DNA from: Raillietiella orientalis
Taxonomy: Eukaryota
Length of the DNA: 64,000 nucleotides
Direction: 5' to 3'
Assembly: GCA_036172245.1 (NCBI GenBank)
Contig: JAYWIR010000026.1
Span: 868,001-932,000, forward strand
The notes under the pieces were generated by a model. That model saw nothing but the letters and a program-made list of their open reading frames with translations. It did no database searches and was not told where the DNA came from. Both the position numbers and the translations under genes were made by a program. Positions 1-13,032 of the stretch are shown here, in pieces (position 1 is the first letter of the stretch; each line of letters opens with the position of its first letter).

Positions 1-3000
1 CGCGATGAACGAGTTGTGCGCCGCCATGCGTGCGCGCAACTTGTTCTCGGGTGAGAGGGGAATGGTCCGCAGCATCGACCACGTCTTCCTCGACGCTGCC
101 CTGTGTTCACGGGTCGGCAAACGGGGGAGGGTTGCGTCAACGTTGTCGGACCATTTCCGGTTAATTTTCGAGATGCGGCCTCGCGACAAAGGACCGCCAT
201 TCAGAGACTGGCGTCTGCCGGGGGACTGGACGCGACTCTCAGGTGCGAAGGAACACCTTCGCGAATACCTGAGAGGCGTCACGCTCCGGAATCTCCAAGA
301 CTGGGACCTTTTTAAGGAATCGGTCCGGGAATTCTGCGAGCAGTTCCCCCTGGACCGCCTGCCCTCCGGATTCGGCGAGGGTCCTCGCAACCATCGGGCC
401 TATTTACAGGCCCGTAGGTACGAACGAACCCCTAATGTCCGTCGCCTGGCCGAGTACCGCGCCGGGGCCGAACGCCAAGCCTGGCAATCCGGGTCGGCCA
501 GCTTGCTGGACGACCAGGGCCGGGAATGTTCGTCCCCGGCGTCGGTACGGCATCTCGTGCGGAGCTATTATTCCTCCCTTTACGCCAGGGCGCCCCCGGA
601 TCAAGATGCCTCTCGGCTCTTGCTTCCGGATGGTGCCCCGGCAATAGGGGAGGAGGAGTCGTTAAGCCTCGATGAGCCTTTTACCACCGGCGAAATTCTC
701 GCCGGTATCAAAAGGCTCAAGAGGCGGAAAGCTCCAGGGGAAGACGGCTTGCCCGCGGAGTTCTATCAGAGCTTCGCGGTAGAGCTGGCACCCCTGCTGC
801 TTCAGCTGACAAGGCTGATCAGAGACGAAGGCGATGTTCCCGCCTCGTTTCGGTCAGCCAGAGTGAGGCTCCTGCCGAAAGGGGGAGACCTCAGGGATTT
901 AAAGAACTGGCGTCCGATCACGATCGTGAATACGGACGCCAAGTTGATCGCAGGGTTATGGGCTTAGCGTCTGGGGCAGGTGGCAGAATCCGTAATTAGC
1001 CCGGAGCAGACTTATGCTGTTCCCGGGCGAAGTATGGATGCCAACCTCTTCTTCGCGAGCACGTGGATGCACGCGCAGAGGTGTCAAAAGGAAGGGAAAG
1101 GAAAAATCGGCAACCCCACTTTGGGGCCGCCAGCAGGGCAGGGAATGGATTCCCGGGCGGGGAAGGGGGCCTTAGCGCTCGCAGTCGATCTCCATAAGGC
1201 GTTCGACTGTGTTGACCAGGGGCTTTTGTTGGAGCTCCTGGGTCGCATGGGCTTCCCACCCTCCTTGATCAACTACCTGCGCTCCTGCTGGCGCCATGCG
1301 ATAGTTTCCGTCTCTTTCAGCGGTCAGAAGGTGCATGGCGTGCCGGTGCGGCGGGGCATCAGGCAGGGAGATAGCCTGAGTCCCCTGCTCTTCAGCACCT
1401 ACTTTGAGTTGGTGCTGAGAGCCTACAGGGTGACTTTGGCCTCCTTGCCTAGCTCGTGTCCCGGCACGCCCGCCGTAGCAGCCTATGCCGACGACCTTCT
1501 GCTCCTGTTACCTATGTCCACCCCGGCGAAGGCGGTCGGAGACTTCTTCGATCTCCTCAGCCGTGGGACCGGACTGCAGGTCAACAGGGCGAAGTCGTCG
1601 GTGGTGCCAGTAGGTGCGGCGTGGGCAGGGCAGCAGGACTGGGTCCGTCTGGGGATCCCCACGGCCAGGTGCCTCAAGTACCTTGGTGTGCCGTTGGGTG
1701 ACTACTCCCCTGCGGAAGCGTGGTCCAGCTGTCTTCCAAAAGTCGTGACGGCGATCGGCCCGTTCCTGGAAGGCAAGTTTCACTTGCCGGAACGGGCCGC
1801 GGTTTGGAACGCCTTCGCGGCCCCCATCCTCCGCCCCTTGCTTTTTGTTTGCCCCGCCCCCAGAGAATGCAAAAAGAGGACGAAGGACCTCCTCCGCATC
1901 GCCCTTTGGGGCAAGGGGAGGCCCCGAGTCCCTCTGCAGGACTTGTGCGCTCCGCGTCGGGACGGCGGCCTTGACCTCCTGACGCTGGAGCGCGTGGAAA
2001 TCCAGCTGCGGTGGCGAACCCTCGCCATCGCAGCAAAGATGTGGAGCACCCCTTGGTGCGTTCCGGCCCGCCACCTCGCCAGGCGTGTGTCCCGATGCGA
2101 GGGACTCGCGTCGTTTCTTCTGTGCCCTGGCCGGAAGATCCGAAGATGCGGCCTTATGCTCGGACGCATAGCACCTTGGCGAAGACGAACGGTTGGATGG
2201 TTTGTGGCCCCGCCAACTCCTCCGCCTGGTTAGAGGAGTCTGCTGGCACATGGGCTAAGCTGAACCGGAGGAGCGAAAACCACATGAACTGCCTGCGAAT
2301 CGGCCCATACGCCAACCGCACCCTGCGGGAAATACTGGAATTTCCCCGGAGTGGCAGGTGAGCGTTGACGACCCCCCTTGCTACGGCGATGCCCTACCTC
2401 CTGAGGGCGCTTCAGGATTGCCAGAAGCCGAGGTGGCAAGTCACCTGCCAGATCGCAGGCAGGGAGAAGATGTTAAGCGGCTGGACCACAGGAGAACTGG
2501 CGGACGCCACGACCCCGAGCGTCCAGCCGCGTGGACTAATGAGATGGGGCGAGCTGCTCGCCATCCCTACGGATGTGCTGAAGTGGCCCCCGGTACTAAA
2601 GGAATCCAGGATCCTGCCCCTTAAGTGGCAAGAGTCGGCGTTGCTACTGCTGCACTGGGGTTTACCCTGCAACGCACGCCGCTTCCACTGGACAAGGGGA
2701 GCTGTGGATCCTGAGTGTGTCAGGTGCGGAGAGCGGGAATCGCTCTCCCACCTTATTGTGGACTGTGCTGCCATCCGACCCCTCTGGGAACGGTTCGGGG
2801 CGACCCTAGGGCTCCCTTCGGGCAGCAACCCCAGAGACGTTCTTCGGCCCTTCTTCGTGAAGGACGCACTGCAGCCATCCGCAGCCATCGCAGCCTTGTG
2901 CTGTGTCCGTGGCATCGTGGCGGCATGGAGCGACGCCAATAACGAAGGAGTGGTTCCACGCGCGAGGGATGTCATCCCATACGCCCAACGCTTCATGCGG

Positions 3001-3297
3001 AGAGCTTCCGGATGGCCCCAACTGGGGAATATACGGACGGACCTCGAGGGCTTCCTTTAACGGATGGGCCCTCCTCACAGCGTTTAGTGATCCCTTCCCT
3101 GCCCTCCAACTTCTTTTTGTCTGTTTATTTTTTATTTTTCTTTTTGTTTTATCCCCATCCCCCTTTGCTGCTGAGGAACGCTACGCTGGGTTGCGTCCCG
3201 GCGTCCTGGCAGGTCCAGTGCATATGGCCGTGAGCGCGGCCTTGTACCGCGGATGTAGAGTTTTATCAATAAACGCCCCGGGCGTACCCGGGTGGAA
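1..3297 (+). mobile_element. Segment A: L1/Tx1-type non-LTR retrotransposon, family 1 (ORF2 from late endonuclease to C-terminal CCHC, plus 3' UTR); 5' part lies outside the window
   Basis: Endonuclease C-terminal motifs IDHVF and SDH; RT motifs KAPGEDG, WRPIT, KAFD, GIRQGDSLSPLLF, YADD; zinc finger CVRC-x8-H-x4-C. Stop at 965-967, frameshift near 2170 and stop near 2359. 3' terminal motif AATAAA(3268)-CCCGGG/CCCGGG hairpin-TGGAA. Confidence 0.93.
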
Positions 3298-3844
3298 ACC
3301 TCCAAGGCTGGCAAGAAGGCCGTAAGGCGTCCGGCCTCCCCTCAGGAGTCCCCCACTTCCGACCCCGAGGTGGAGGCCGGAAGCGCAGCCTCCGTTACCA
3401 CGGCACCGCGCAAGAAGGCTGGACGTAAGTCCACAAAGCCAAGGAAGCTCGTTTCCCCCGTCGAAGGGGAAGAGATGGCTACCGCAAGCGAGGGTGCCAT
3501 GAGCGTGGGAAACTCTCGGGACCCGTCGCCCGAGAGACTCCCACGCGCGGACACGGAGGGGATAGAGGGGGTGGAGGCCGAACAGGTGCCTCAGGTGCCT
3601 GAGAAGGCCGAAACCCCCTTGGACATCCCGCCTGCCTCGCAAGAGGAGGGCTCCCCCACACCTTAATCTTCCCAGCAGTAATGCCGGGAATCTCCTCCCG
3701 CCGTCGTCTGCGCATCGCCGTTTGGAACGTGAACGGCATGAAAGACGCCGGCAGAAGACGAGACATATCCGCCCTTCTGGAGTCCTACGACCTAGCGCTG
3801 CTGCAGAAGATCCACGTGATCTCTGCAGAACAAGCGCAAGAGAT
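3298..3844 (+). mobile_element. Segment a: ORF1 C-terminus and ORF2 start of a family-1 element (left part of element a+G)
   Basis: ORF1 tail resembles segment I (KKAVRRPA...RKKAGRKS). ORF2 begins MPGISSRRRLRIAVWNVNG (APE endonuclease N-terminus), breaks at AQEI and resumes at 17813. Confidence 0.88.
3833..3844. repeat. Target-site duplication, left copy, AGCGCAAGAGAT (right copy 17813-17824)
   Basis: Identical 12-mer at both ends of the minus-strand block 3845-17812. Removing the block restores ...AEQAQEIERISGGRL. Confidence 0.9.
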
Positions 3845-6800
3845 TTCTCACCCGGTCACGCCGGGGCGTTTATTCCATATAAGATAACCAAAAAAAGCAA
3901 TTATACAAAATATACCAGTTGGGAACCAAACATCCAACCGACGACTGAACAAGAATGAAGAGAATATTGCTGACACGCAGGCCAGAGTAACAGTTTTGCG
4001 AACGGCGTGAGGGGGCGGGGAACACAAAGAAATCAAAATAAAATAAAAACAATGAATAAGGAGGACGGGATAAGGGTCTTTGGGATCGCTCTGGAAGACA
4101 CGGGAATAAAAGCATGGGCACCGGAAATTTTACCGAGCGAACGAAGACGGGGTATGGGTGGGCGAGAGGTCGCAGGGGTCACCGGATTACGCCGTTCTCA
4201 AAGGTGTGTAAACAGGCGATGTATGCCGGTGATATCCTCCTTCACCTTGTCACGAAGATGAGGCCACCTTGAAGCCTTCTCCATGAATTGAGCTGCAAGC
4301 AGGTGAGCCTGCCTTCGCTGCGATGACAACTCCAGGGCGTAGCGGGCCTTCACGATGGCGCGAACGCAACACATGGTTGCGACAATCGCGCCAACCGAAA
4401 GTCCATTTCTGCTAAAGAAGCGCCGCAGCACATCAATGGCAGTGCCTCCTTGTGGCATGATGGCCGAAGTGAGCCTTCGCCACAGTTCCCGGAGGTCACC
4501 GCAGTCCAGCAAAAGGTGCGGAAAAGACTCGATCTCTCCGCACCTTAAACAGTTTGGCAAAGCAGCTCCCCCGGAAACGATGCTTCGCTGCCTATTACAG
4601 TGAAATGCACAATGTAAAAAGAGCAGCACATCTTGTTTCCACTTAAGGGGGGACACGGAGCTGTCCAAACAAACGGGGGGAACCACTATCTCTCCGGGGA
4701 ACACACTTAAATGTTCGCTCCACCGAAGCAGTCCCTTTGCCCGATTCCGAGGTGTGGCGGCTTGCACCAGCTCCTTTGTCGTCCAGCTGCCGAGGAGCTT
4801 ACTGAGTCCCGCTATTTTGCAGGAGAACTCCCATTCCGCCGGTAGGCAACCGTCGTTGCTTGCCCTGAGGGCAGACAGCGCTGCGGCGAGTGGTGTGGCG
4901 GCCAGACGATCCGACAACTTCTTGTCCTGCATGACTTCGTCCATTTGATGACTGAGGAGAAGTCGCAGGCGTCGAAGATCTTCCGGGCGCGTTCCTTCGG
5001 AAGCTGCCCACGATGAAAAAGATTCCTGTCGCCATGCATTAATGTTCATGGGGCGGCAGGAGATCCAGCTTTGGGCTTCCAGCAGTGAGGACAGCTGCCT
5101 CAGCGGGAAGCCAAACCCTATTCTGGTGTGCCGAAAGTGGGGTGGCAACGAAAGCAGTCCCTCGCTTCCCGTGCAGCGCCTCAGTATAAGGCGTGCGGGT
5201 CAGCACCACGGCGTACACCACAGCTTGGCACAGAGCCGCAGCATGCGAAACTGCACCTGCAGTTCTTTGCTGTTTAAGTCGAGGATGCCCAAGCCTGCAT
5301 CCTGACGCGGCGCCACCAAGTCTTTAAGTCTAACACGGGATCTTGCAGCGCCCCACAACGCTTTGCGTAGAAGGCGCTGCGCCCAGACTTTGACTTCCTG
5401 GGGGGGTGGACAAACAAAAAACAGGGGGCGGAGTAGGGGGGCAACGAAGGTGTTCCAGATGCAGGCCCGTTCCGGCAAGACGAACTCGCCTCCTGAAAAC
5501 GGGCCAAGTGCACGCTCTGCCTTCCGAAAGCAGTCCGACCACGCTTCTGAGATGCAGAAGTCGCCCAACGGCACGCCGAGGTACCTGAGGTACCTGCCCG
5601 TGAGGATCCCCAGGTCGATCCAGTCAGAATGCCCCTCCCACGTCGCACCCACCGGAACAACCATACACTTACTCCTGTTAACGCTCACGCCCGCAAAGCG
5701 ACGAATCAACTCAAAGAAGTCTTCAAGCGATGTCGCCGGGGTGGACATGGGCAACAGAAGAAGCAGGTCGTCGGCATAGGCTGCCACGGCCGGCGTACCT
5801 GGACAGGAGCTCGGCAGGTTGGCTAGCGTCAACCTGTAAGCCTCCAGCACCAATTCAAAATAGATGCTGAAGAGCAGCGGGCTTAAGCTGTCACCCTGCC
5901 TAATTCCTCGTCGTACCAACACGCCGTACACGCGACAGCCACTAAAAACAATGGATGTAATCGCGTGGCGCCAGCAGGAGCGCAAGTACGCCAACAGGGA
6001 TGCCGGAAGACCCAGACGTTCCAAAAGCTCAAGAAGAAGCTTTTGGTTCACGCAAACGAAAGCTTTGTGCAGATCGACTGCAACCGCCAAGGCTCCGGTG
6101 TCTCCCTTTGCGTCCCGCGCCTCCGTCGGTGAGAGATCGAAGGCATCGCTTCCGCACGACGATCCACCGCCACACGATGCTGCAATTGCAGCCATGTGCG
6201 GATGAACAAGAGATTCGCGTCCATGGACCGCCCAGGAACAGCGTACGTCTGCTCCGGACTTACCAAGGATTCCGCGATCCTCCCCATCCGCGCCACCCAA
6301 AGTTTCGAGAACAACTTGACGTCCGAATTCACTAATGTGATCGGACGCCAGTTGTTCAGTTGGCACAAATCTCCGCCTTTCGGCAGTAGACGCACCTTCG
6401 CTGAGCGAAACGAGGCGGGGACATCGCCCGAGTCTCGCATCAGCGACGAGAGTTGGAGCACCAGGGGGATGAGCTCCGCCGCAAAACACTGAAAGAATTC
6501 CGCGGGGAGCCCATCTTCGCCTGGCGCTTTTCGTCTCTTGAGCCCCGAGATCGCCGAGGAAATTTCCTCTGCCGTGAAGGGCTCATCAAGACGCGCGCGT
6601 TCCTCCTCGTCTACAACAGGTGCATCAATCGGCAGAAGCAGCCGGGAGAGGCTGCGTTCCGTCGGTGCCTCTGCATACAGAGAAGAGTAATAGCGCCTGA
6701 CTATCCGTCGCACGTCGGCTGGAGCCGAGCATTCCCGGTCCTGGTCGTCGAGCAGAACTGCCGCCCCTGACTGCCAGACCTGGCGCTCGGCCTTGGCCTT

Positions 6801-6943
6801 GTACTCGGATAATCGACCAACGTCCGCGCGCCTGGAAAAGGAGCAGGCCTGCAGAAAATCTCTGCTGTTGGCTACGCCCTCTCCGAAGCCGCGCGGAAGC
6901 TGGTGCAAGGGAAACCGGCAGCAGAACTCGCGGACCGATCTTT
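3845..6943 (-). mobile_element. Segment B: family-1 element, ORF2 from the EN-RT linker to the end, plus 3' UTR
   Basis: ORFs 6048-6908, 5200-6489 and 4198-5148 give RT (YADD) and CLRC-x8-H-x4-C, with frameshifts. 3' motif AATAAA (3869-3874, minus) + CCCGG/CCGGG hairpin. Confidence 0.92.
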
Positions 6944-8592
6944 GGGGATGCTCACGGTGAGGTACTTCAAGTACCTTGATGTGCCGTTGGGGGACTACTC
7001 CCCTGCGGAAGCGTGGTCCGGCTGCCTATAAAAAGTAGAGACGGCGATCGGCCCGTTCCGAGGCGGCAGGTTTTTCCTGCCTGAACGGGCCGCGGTTTGG
7101 AACACGTTCGCGGCTCCTCTCCTCCGCCCCCTGCTTTTTGTTTGCCCCCTTACAGAGAGAATTAAAAAGCGGACAAAGGACCTCCTCCGTATCGCCCTTT
7201 GGGGCAACGGGAGGGCCCGAGTCCGCTTAAAGGACTTGTGCGCTCCTCGTCGGGATGGTGGTCTGAGCCTCCTGACGCTGGAGTGGCTGGAGCTTCAGCT
7301 CCAGTTCCGATTGTCGGCACTCGTTCCAGAGTTGTGGTGCACCTGTTGGTGCGTCCCTGCACGTATCCTTCTCCAGCAAGCCACCGGCAAGACGGGACTG
7401 ACGTCGTTTCTTGCACTCCGTCGCCGCGTCAACCGATGCGGACTCCAGCTAAGGAGGGTGGCTGCGCTGTATCGGAAAAACCCAGGATTGCTCACCTGTC
7501 GCCAGTTTAACGGTAGTGCCTGGTTACAGGAAACCGTTCGAACGTGGGGACAGTTCGGCATGCAACGCTCCCAACAGGAACGAAGGTTCCTGTTTGGGGG
7601 TTACAGAAGTTGCACGCTCCGCGAGATCCTGGAGGATCCAAAGAAGAGAGCGTGGGCAGGAAGAACCGCCCTCGCTGCTGCGCTGCCCTCCCTGATGGAA
7701 GATCTGGACAGCAATGTTGCGGCGAAGTGGGTGGTTACAGTAACAATCTCCGGAAAGGAGAAGAAGATAGGAGAGTGGAAGACGGGCCAGTTAACAGACG
7801 CTGCGACCCCGAGTACGCCTCCCAATGGACTTCTGCGTTGGGGCGCGCTGCTCGATGTTCCCATTGAACATCTGAAGTGGCCCCCGGTGCTCATGAACAC
7901 TTCCGCCCTCCCCTTAAAATGGCAGGAGTCGGCTCTCCTGTTGCAGCACTGGGGACTTCACTGCAACGCCCGCCGACACCACTGGACCTGGGGAGCGGTG
8001 GACCCCAATTGCGTCAGGTGTGGGGAACGGGAGTCCCTCCCCCACCTGCTAGTGAATTGTGTTGCCCTTCGGCCCCTTTGGTTTCGCTTTGCCGCGGCCA
8101 TCGGAATCCCCTGCGGCAACCCCAGGGACACACTGAAAGTCCTCTTCGTTGCCGACGCCCTTCGGCCAGCGGCCTCGTTAGCAGCTTTGTGCTGCCTACT
8201 CCGGATCGTCACCGCTTGGAGCAAGGCTACAAGAGGACAACGCGACCAGGGTGCCATCCAGCCAGCCTTCCAGTTCCAGAGGAGGGCGTCCCGATGGCCC
8301 CACCTGGATCCAGAAATACAGAAGGAGCATGCCGGCATCCTGCAAAGGATGCAACGGCCCCACCAGCAACTGTGATCCCTTCCCTTACCCTCCCAACTTT
8401 TCTTTTCTTTTTTGTTTTGTTTTTTGTTTTTCCTCCTTCCCCCTGCTGCCGTGGTGGACCGTACCGGTCTGCAAACCGGTGACCCGGCAGGTTCTGTGTT
8501 TCTTCGTGCGTGGCTGGAGCAATGGTCCAGCCACTGCACGTCTTTGTAAATGTTTGTTTTATAATAAACGCCCCGGCGAAATCCGGGTGAAA
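6944..8592 (+). mobile_element. Segment D: family-1 element lacking its 5' part (late RT to CCHC, plus 3' UTR)
   Basis: VRYFKYL..., ORF 7236-8375 with CVRC-x8-H-x4-C. 3' motif AATAAA(8563)-CCCGG/CCGGG-TGAAA. Confidence 0.92.
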
Positions 8593-11054
8593 ATCGAATG
8601 CTTTGTGCAAATCTACTGCTGGTGCCAAGGCTCCCGGCCTTTCTTCCGTCCGTTCGCACTGGCGCACGCAGTCGGCAGAAGGTCTTGCCGCTGTTCGGCT
8701 ATCCGCTGCAACGCGCTCTTGGAGCTGCCACCAGGTGCGCGCGAAAAGAAGGTTCGCATCCATGGATCTACCCGGTACAGCGTAAGACTACTGCGGGCTT
8801 ACCAGGGACTCCGCGACTTTCCCTAAGCGCGTGACCCACAGCTTCGAAAACAACTTGACGTCCGTATTCACTAATGTGATCGGACGCCATTTGTTGAGTT
8901 GGCGCAGATCCCCTCCTTTCGGAAGGAGACGCACCCTTTCTGAGCGGAAGGAAGAAGGGACATCGCCCGTCACCGTCATCAGCGTCGAGATTCTAAGAAC
9001 CAGTGGGGCGAGTTCCGCCGCGAAGCTCTGATAGAACTCCGCGGGCAGTCCGTCCTCACCTGGCGTTTCCCGTCTCTTGAGTCCTGCGATGGCGGAAGAA
9101 ACTTCCTCCAACGTGAAGGGCTCGTCGAGACGATCGCGTTCCTCCTCGCCGATGCCATGTGCAGCCCGCGGCAAAAGTAGTTCGGAGAGGACTCTTTCCG
9201 TCGGGGAATTAGCGTAGAGCGAGGAGAAGTGACGCTTTAGTGCTCGCCGCACTTCGGCAGGAGCCGTGCATTCCCGGCCTTGGTCGTCGAGCAGAATAGC
9301 CGCTCCAGACTGCCAGACCTGGCGCTCGGCCCTCGCCTTGTACTCTGCGAGTTGCCGGACTTCCGCACGTCTCGAGAAGGTGCGCGCCTGCAGAAATGCT
9401 CTGCTATTGGCCACGCCTTCCCCGAAGCCGCGTGGTAGCAATTGCAGGGGGAACCGGTCGCAAAACTCGCGAACCGATCTTTTAAGATGGTCCCAGTCTG
9501 CGAGTTCCCGGATGGCAAAGCCGCGAAGGAACTGGCGAAGATGCTCCGCCGCTTCCATATGACTCAGCCAATCCGCCGGCATCCTCCAAACATTGTTTGG
9601 AGGTCCCTTGCCAGGCGGGAGTAGCTCGAACTCCAGCCTATCATGGTCCGATAACGTGGACGGCACCCTGCCTCTCCTTCCCACTCGCGAGAGTAGGTGT
9701 TCATCGAGGTAGAGGTGATCCACGTTCCTTTCCAGTCCAGGCTCGCCGGCTTCCAAGTTACGCGCGTGCACCAACGCGCATGCTTCTTCCACCCGCGACC
9801 GTTCCGCCAGGGATCGGGTCTCGTTGTAAAGCAGGTGGACGTTGAAGTTCCCTGCGACGAGATGCGCCACTCTGGCTCCGGAGTTTCTGAGCCATTGGCT
9901 CTTCAGCACGTCGAAGAACTCGATTCTTTCGACACGCCGATGAAAGCCGCTCGGCGCGTAGACGTTCGTTACGACGAGGTCGATTGAATCTGACCACTTG
10001 AGTACAAGTTGGCCTCTTCTGCCTTCCTTGTCGAATCGAACGCTGCGCACTGCTCCCGCCATCCTACTATTAACGAGAAACCCGACTCCGCACGATTGTG
10101 CAAAACCTTCTCGCCAGTACAGGGTGCCACCCGCGCGCTGTTCGATTTCGGCAACCTCCTCATCGGAGATGTAATGCATCTCCTGAAGGATCGCCAAATC
10201 GAAATGTCGCAGGGTGTCTGACACGTCGCGCCTCTTTCCGTCCCTGCGCAGCCCATTGACGTTCCAACAGGCTACGCTGTATCGACGGAAAGAGGCGATT
10301 TCCTGCATTAAGGCTGGGAAGGTGAGAACAGATTTCTCGCCTTGTCCGGCGAGTCGTCACGAGACAGAGCGGTCGATCTCGGAGACTGGACATCTCCATT
10401 CGAAGCCGCACTGCTTGTTGCCGATAGCTCAGAGGTGAGGTCCTTTTCCTCCTCTTTGCTCTCCAACAACAGTTTCTCCTCGGCAACCACGCGGTTGCGG
10501 ATCTTCGGGAGGCGATTGCGCGGTTTCGGGCGGTTGTCGCGCTGTGTGCTCTTTCTGTCGGACTCTGGATCGGAATCCGACAGTCGAGCGCTTGCCAGGC
10601 ACTGCTGCTGTTTCCCGGAATTAGGGAGATCGTTCGCTGCCTGTTTCCTAGCGCTTTCTGCAACTGCGCCTGGGACTTTCGTCCTCTTAGCCGCAGCAGC
10701 AGCTTCCCGCTCCAGCCGCGAGAGGACGATTGCGCAGGAGGAAAGAATCGCAATCTTTTTCTGGGAAGGTTTCGCGGGTTTCTTTCGCCCACTCACCTTC
10801 ACACAGAGCTGCGAAGACCTTGATGGTTTCTTTCGAATGATCTTTCTCGCCTGCATCCAGCCGTCTTCCTTCGCGTCGCAGTTATCTTTGCCATCCTGAA
10901 ATGGCGCTGCTCCCACGGATGTAAGAGGCGTTGCCTTGGCTGCCTCTTGAAGTGCTGCCTCCACGCAGGCGTAAGCAACTCCTTTAGCGATCGCGAGAGC
11001 CTTGCGCACGGGCGGTATCGCCGCCGCTGAACGAAAGGGAGGCGTGATTATTGC
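8593..11054 (-). mobile_element. Segment C: family-1 element, ORF1 C-terminal half plus ORF2 endonuclease to RT 'KAFD'
   Basis: ORF 8788-10308 has WNVNG, LQE, NVYAP, GNFN, SDH, WRPIT. ORF1 stop overlaps the ORF2 ATG (TAATG, 10310-10306). Cut at AVDLHKAFD by segment D. Confidence 0.92.
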
Positions 11055-11146
11055 TAGTTTAAAACTATACCCAATACCCCGCCAAGGCAGTGTTTAAAAC
11101 CACTGCCAAGGCAATTTTCGAGTGCCCTGAGAGGGCAAGTGTTTGA

Positions 11147-13019
11147 GTGAACGCCAGTGTGGAAAGAGTGCAACCCGGGACCATCATCATCATCAGCAGC
11201 AGCGCCGAGAATTCCACGGTGGAAGTCCTGCAGTCGTCCCGAGCAGCCGGAACAGCTGCCAGGATGCAGGCATCTGGAGTTGGAGGAGTGGTGAGGCCAT
11301 CGTCCCCCATGGAAGCCATGGAGGTAACGTGCGGCAACGGCGAGGTTGCGAGAGGCATGCCGAGGATCGCACCCGCGGCGGGCTTTGCTGCGCCGGCGGC
11401 GGCGATGCCAAGGGTCGTGCCCGCGGCGACGACGGCGGAGGTCGTGCTCGCGGCGGGGAAGGTCGCTCCTGCGGCGGCGATGCCGAGGGTGCCGCCCGCG
11501 GCGGTGACGTCGAGGTTTGCGCCCGCGGCGGCGGCGTCCCAGGCGGGACCCGCGGGCGTTCACGCGGTGCAGGGAGCGACGCCATCTGGTTCGGCTGCGG
11601 CGTCGCAGCCCTTTTCTTATGCGTCGGTGGCGGCTGGACAGGCGAGTGTCCACCCACCTAGGAAATTTGGTAAGCCGCTTAGCGGAAAAGTTCTAAAAGT
11701 GGACCGACCAATAGTCGAAATAGGCCCCAACGTGAAGCCCATTATCTTCAAGACCGGGCTAATAAAATTTAATAAAATCAGGGAGGTCTATTTGTCCCTC
11801 GACAAGACGGACATAGACTTTGATCGCATTCAGGCGATCATTCCATCAAACAACGGGTTCACAGTCTTTACAGACTGTGAAAACATTAGAGAGCGATTGA
11901 TCCAGAAGGGGATCAATATACAAGGACGGATGGTTTGTGGTATTGGTGAGATGCCATACACAACCGTCTTTTTAAACGGCATCTCCATCCTCACACCGCA
12001 ACTAGCGGTGTGGAATTACTTGGAGCAGTTTGGGGAAGTTCTGGACCTCGATTTCCAGAACTTCTCTGGAAACATATTTTCTGGCGACATGATCGCCAAG
12101 ATGAAGTTGAGGGAGGGAGCGGTGATCCCTGGATTGGCCGTTATTGACGAACAATCCCAGGGAGTGAATGTGCGTTACCGGCAACAACCGGTATTCTGCA
12201 CCGGGTGCAAGCACTTCGGCCACAGGGCCGGCGCTTGCCCAACTTGCCGCTGCTTTCGCTGCGGCAAAGTAGGATATCAAGTTCGAAACTGCCCGCAGCC
12301 GGAGGTGTGCTCCTTCTGCAAGAAACACGGACATGCGAAATGGAGCTGTCCGGAGTTTGAAAACTGCAGAAGGATTCGAGGTCTCTCTCCCGTGAGAGAG
12401 AGAAACATCAAGGAGGCCGAACAGCCTTAGAAGGCAGGAAGGCCGAAGAAGGTGAAAGAAGCCGTCCCGGTGTCGGCGGACGGCTTCATAGAAGTGGGAA
12501 AGAAGAAAAAGAGCAGGATGCTCGTCAAGGAGCAAGGAACTCCTCAAATCCTGGAAGCAGCAGAGCAGGAAGGCGAGAAGATGGAGGCAGCGCAGGAAGG
12601 CGCGAAGGAAGAGAGACAGGAAGCCACTAAAGTGTCGCAGGAGGCTCTGCAGACCACAGAGGAGTTGGCAACACTGGCGGAGGAGATCATGGAGGTGCAG
12701 AGCGGTCCTCAGCAAGAGAAAATCTTGCAGAAGATCTGCACTGCACAAGAGAACATCAACCAGGTTGTGGAGGTCGCTGAACGCGAGAAGTTAGAGGAAC
12801 AGCTTCTCGACGTGAAGGCGAACTTCTGCGCCAAGGTCGAGATAGAGGCGCTATCTCGAAAATTGATCGCGCAAGCGGAACACTCTACGGAGGAGGCAAA
12901 AAATTACTGACCTCACAGGTACGGAGAGTGACGCCGGCAGCGAGAAGCCCGCTGCTTCTTCATTGTCTGGAAGAGCACGCTCTCTCAGACAGAAGAAGCT
13001 CAGGAAGGCCAAAAAATAG
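11147..13019 (+). pseudogene. ORF1 (gag-like zinc-knuckle protein) of segment E, disrupted
   Basis: Knuckles CTGCKHFGHRAGAC, CFRCGKVGYQVRNC and CSFCKKHGHAKWSC; Ala/Pro-rich N-terminal repeats; internal stop at 12428-12430 and probable frameshift near 12900. Start codon uncertain. Confidence 0.8.
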
Positions 13020-13032
13020 GTCTTCCCCTTTA

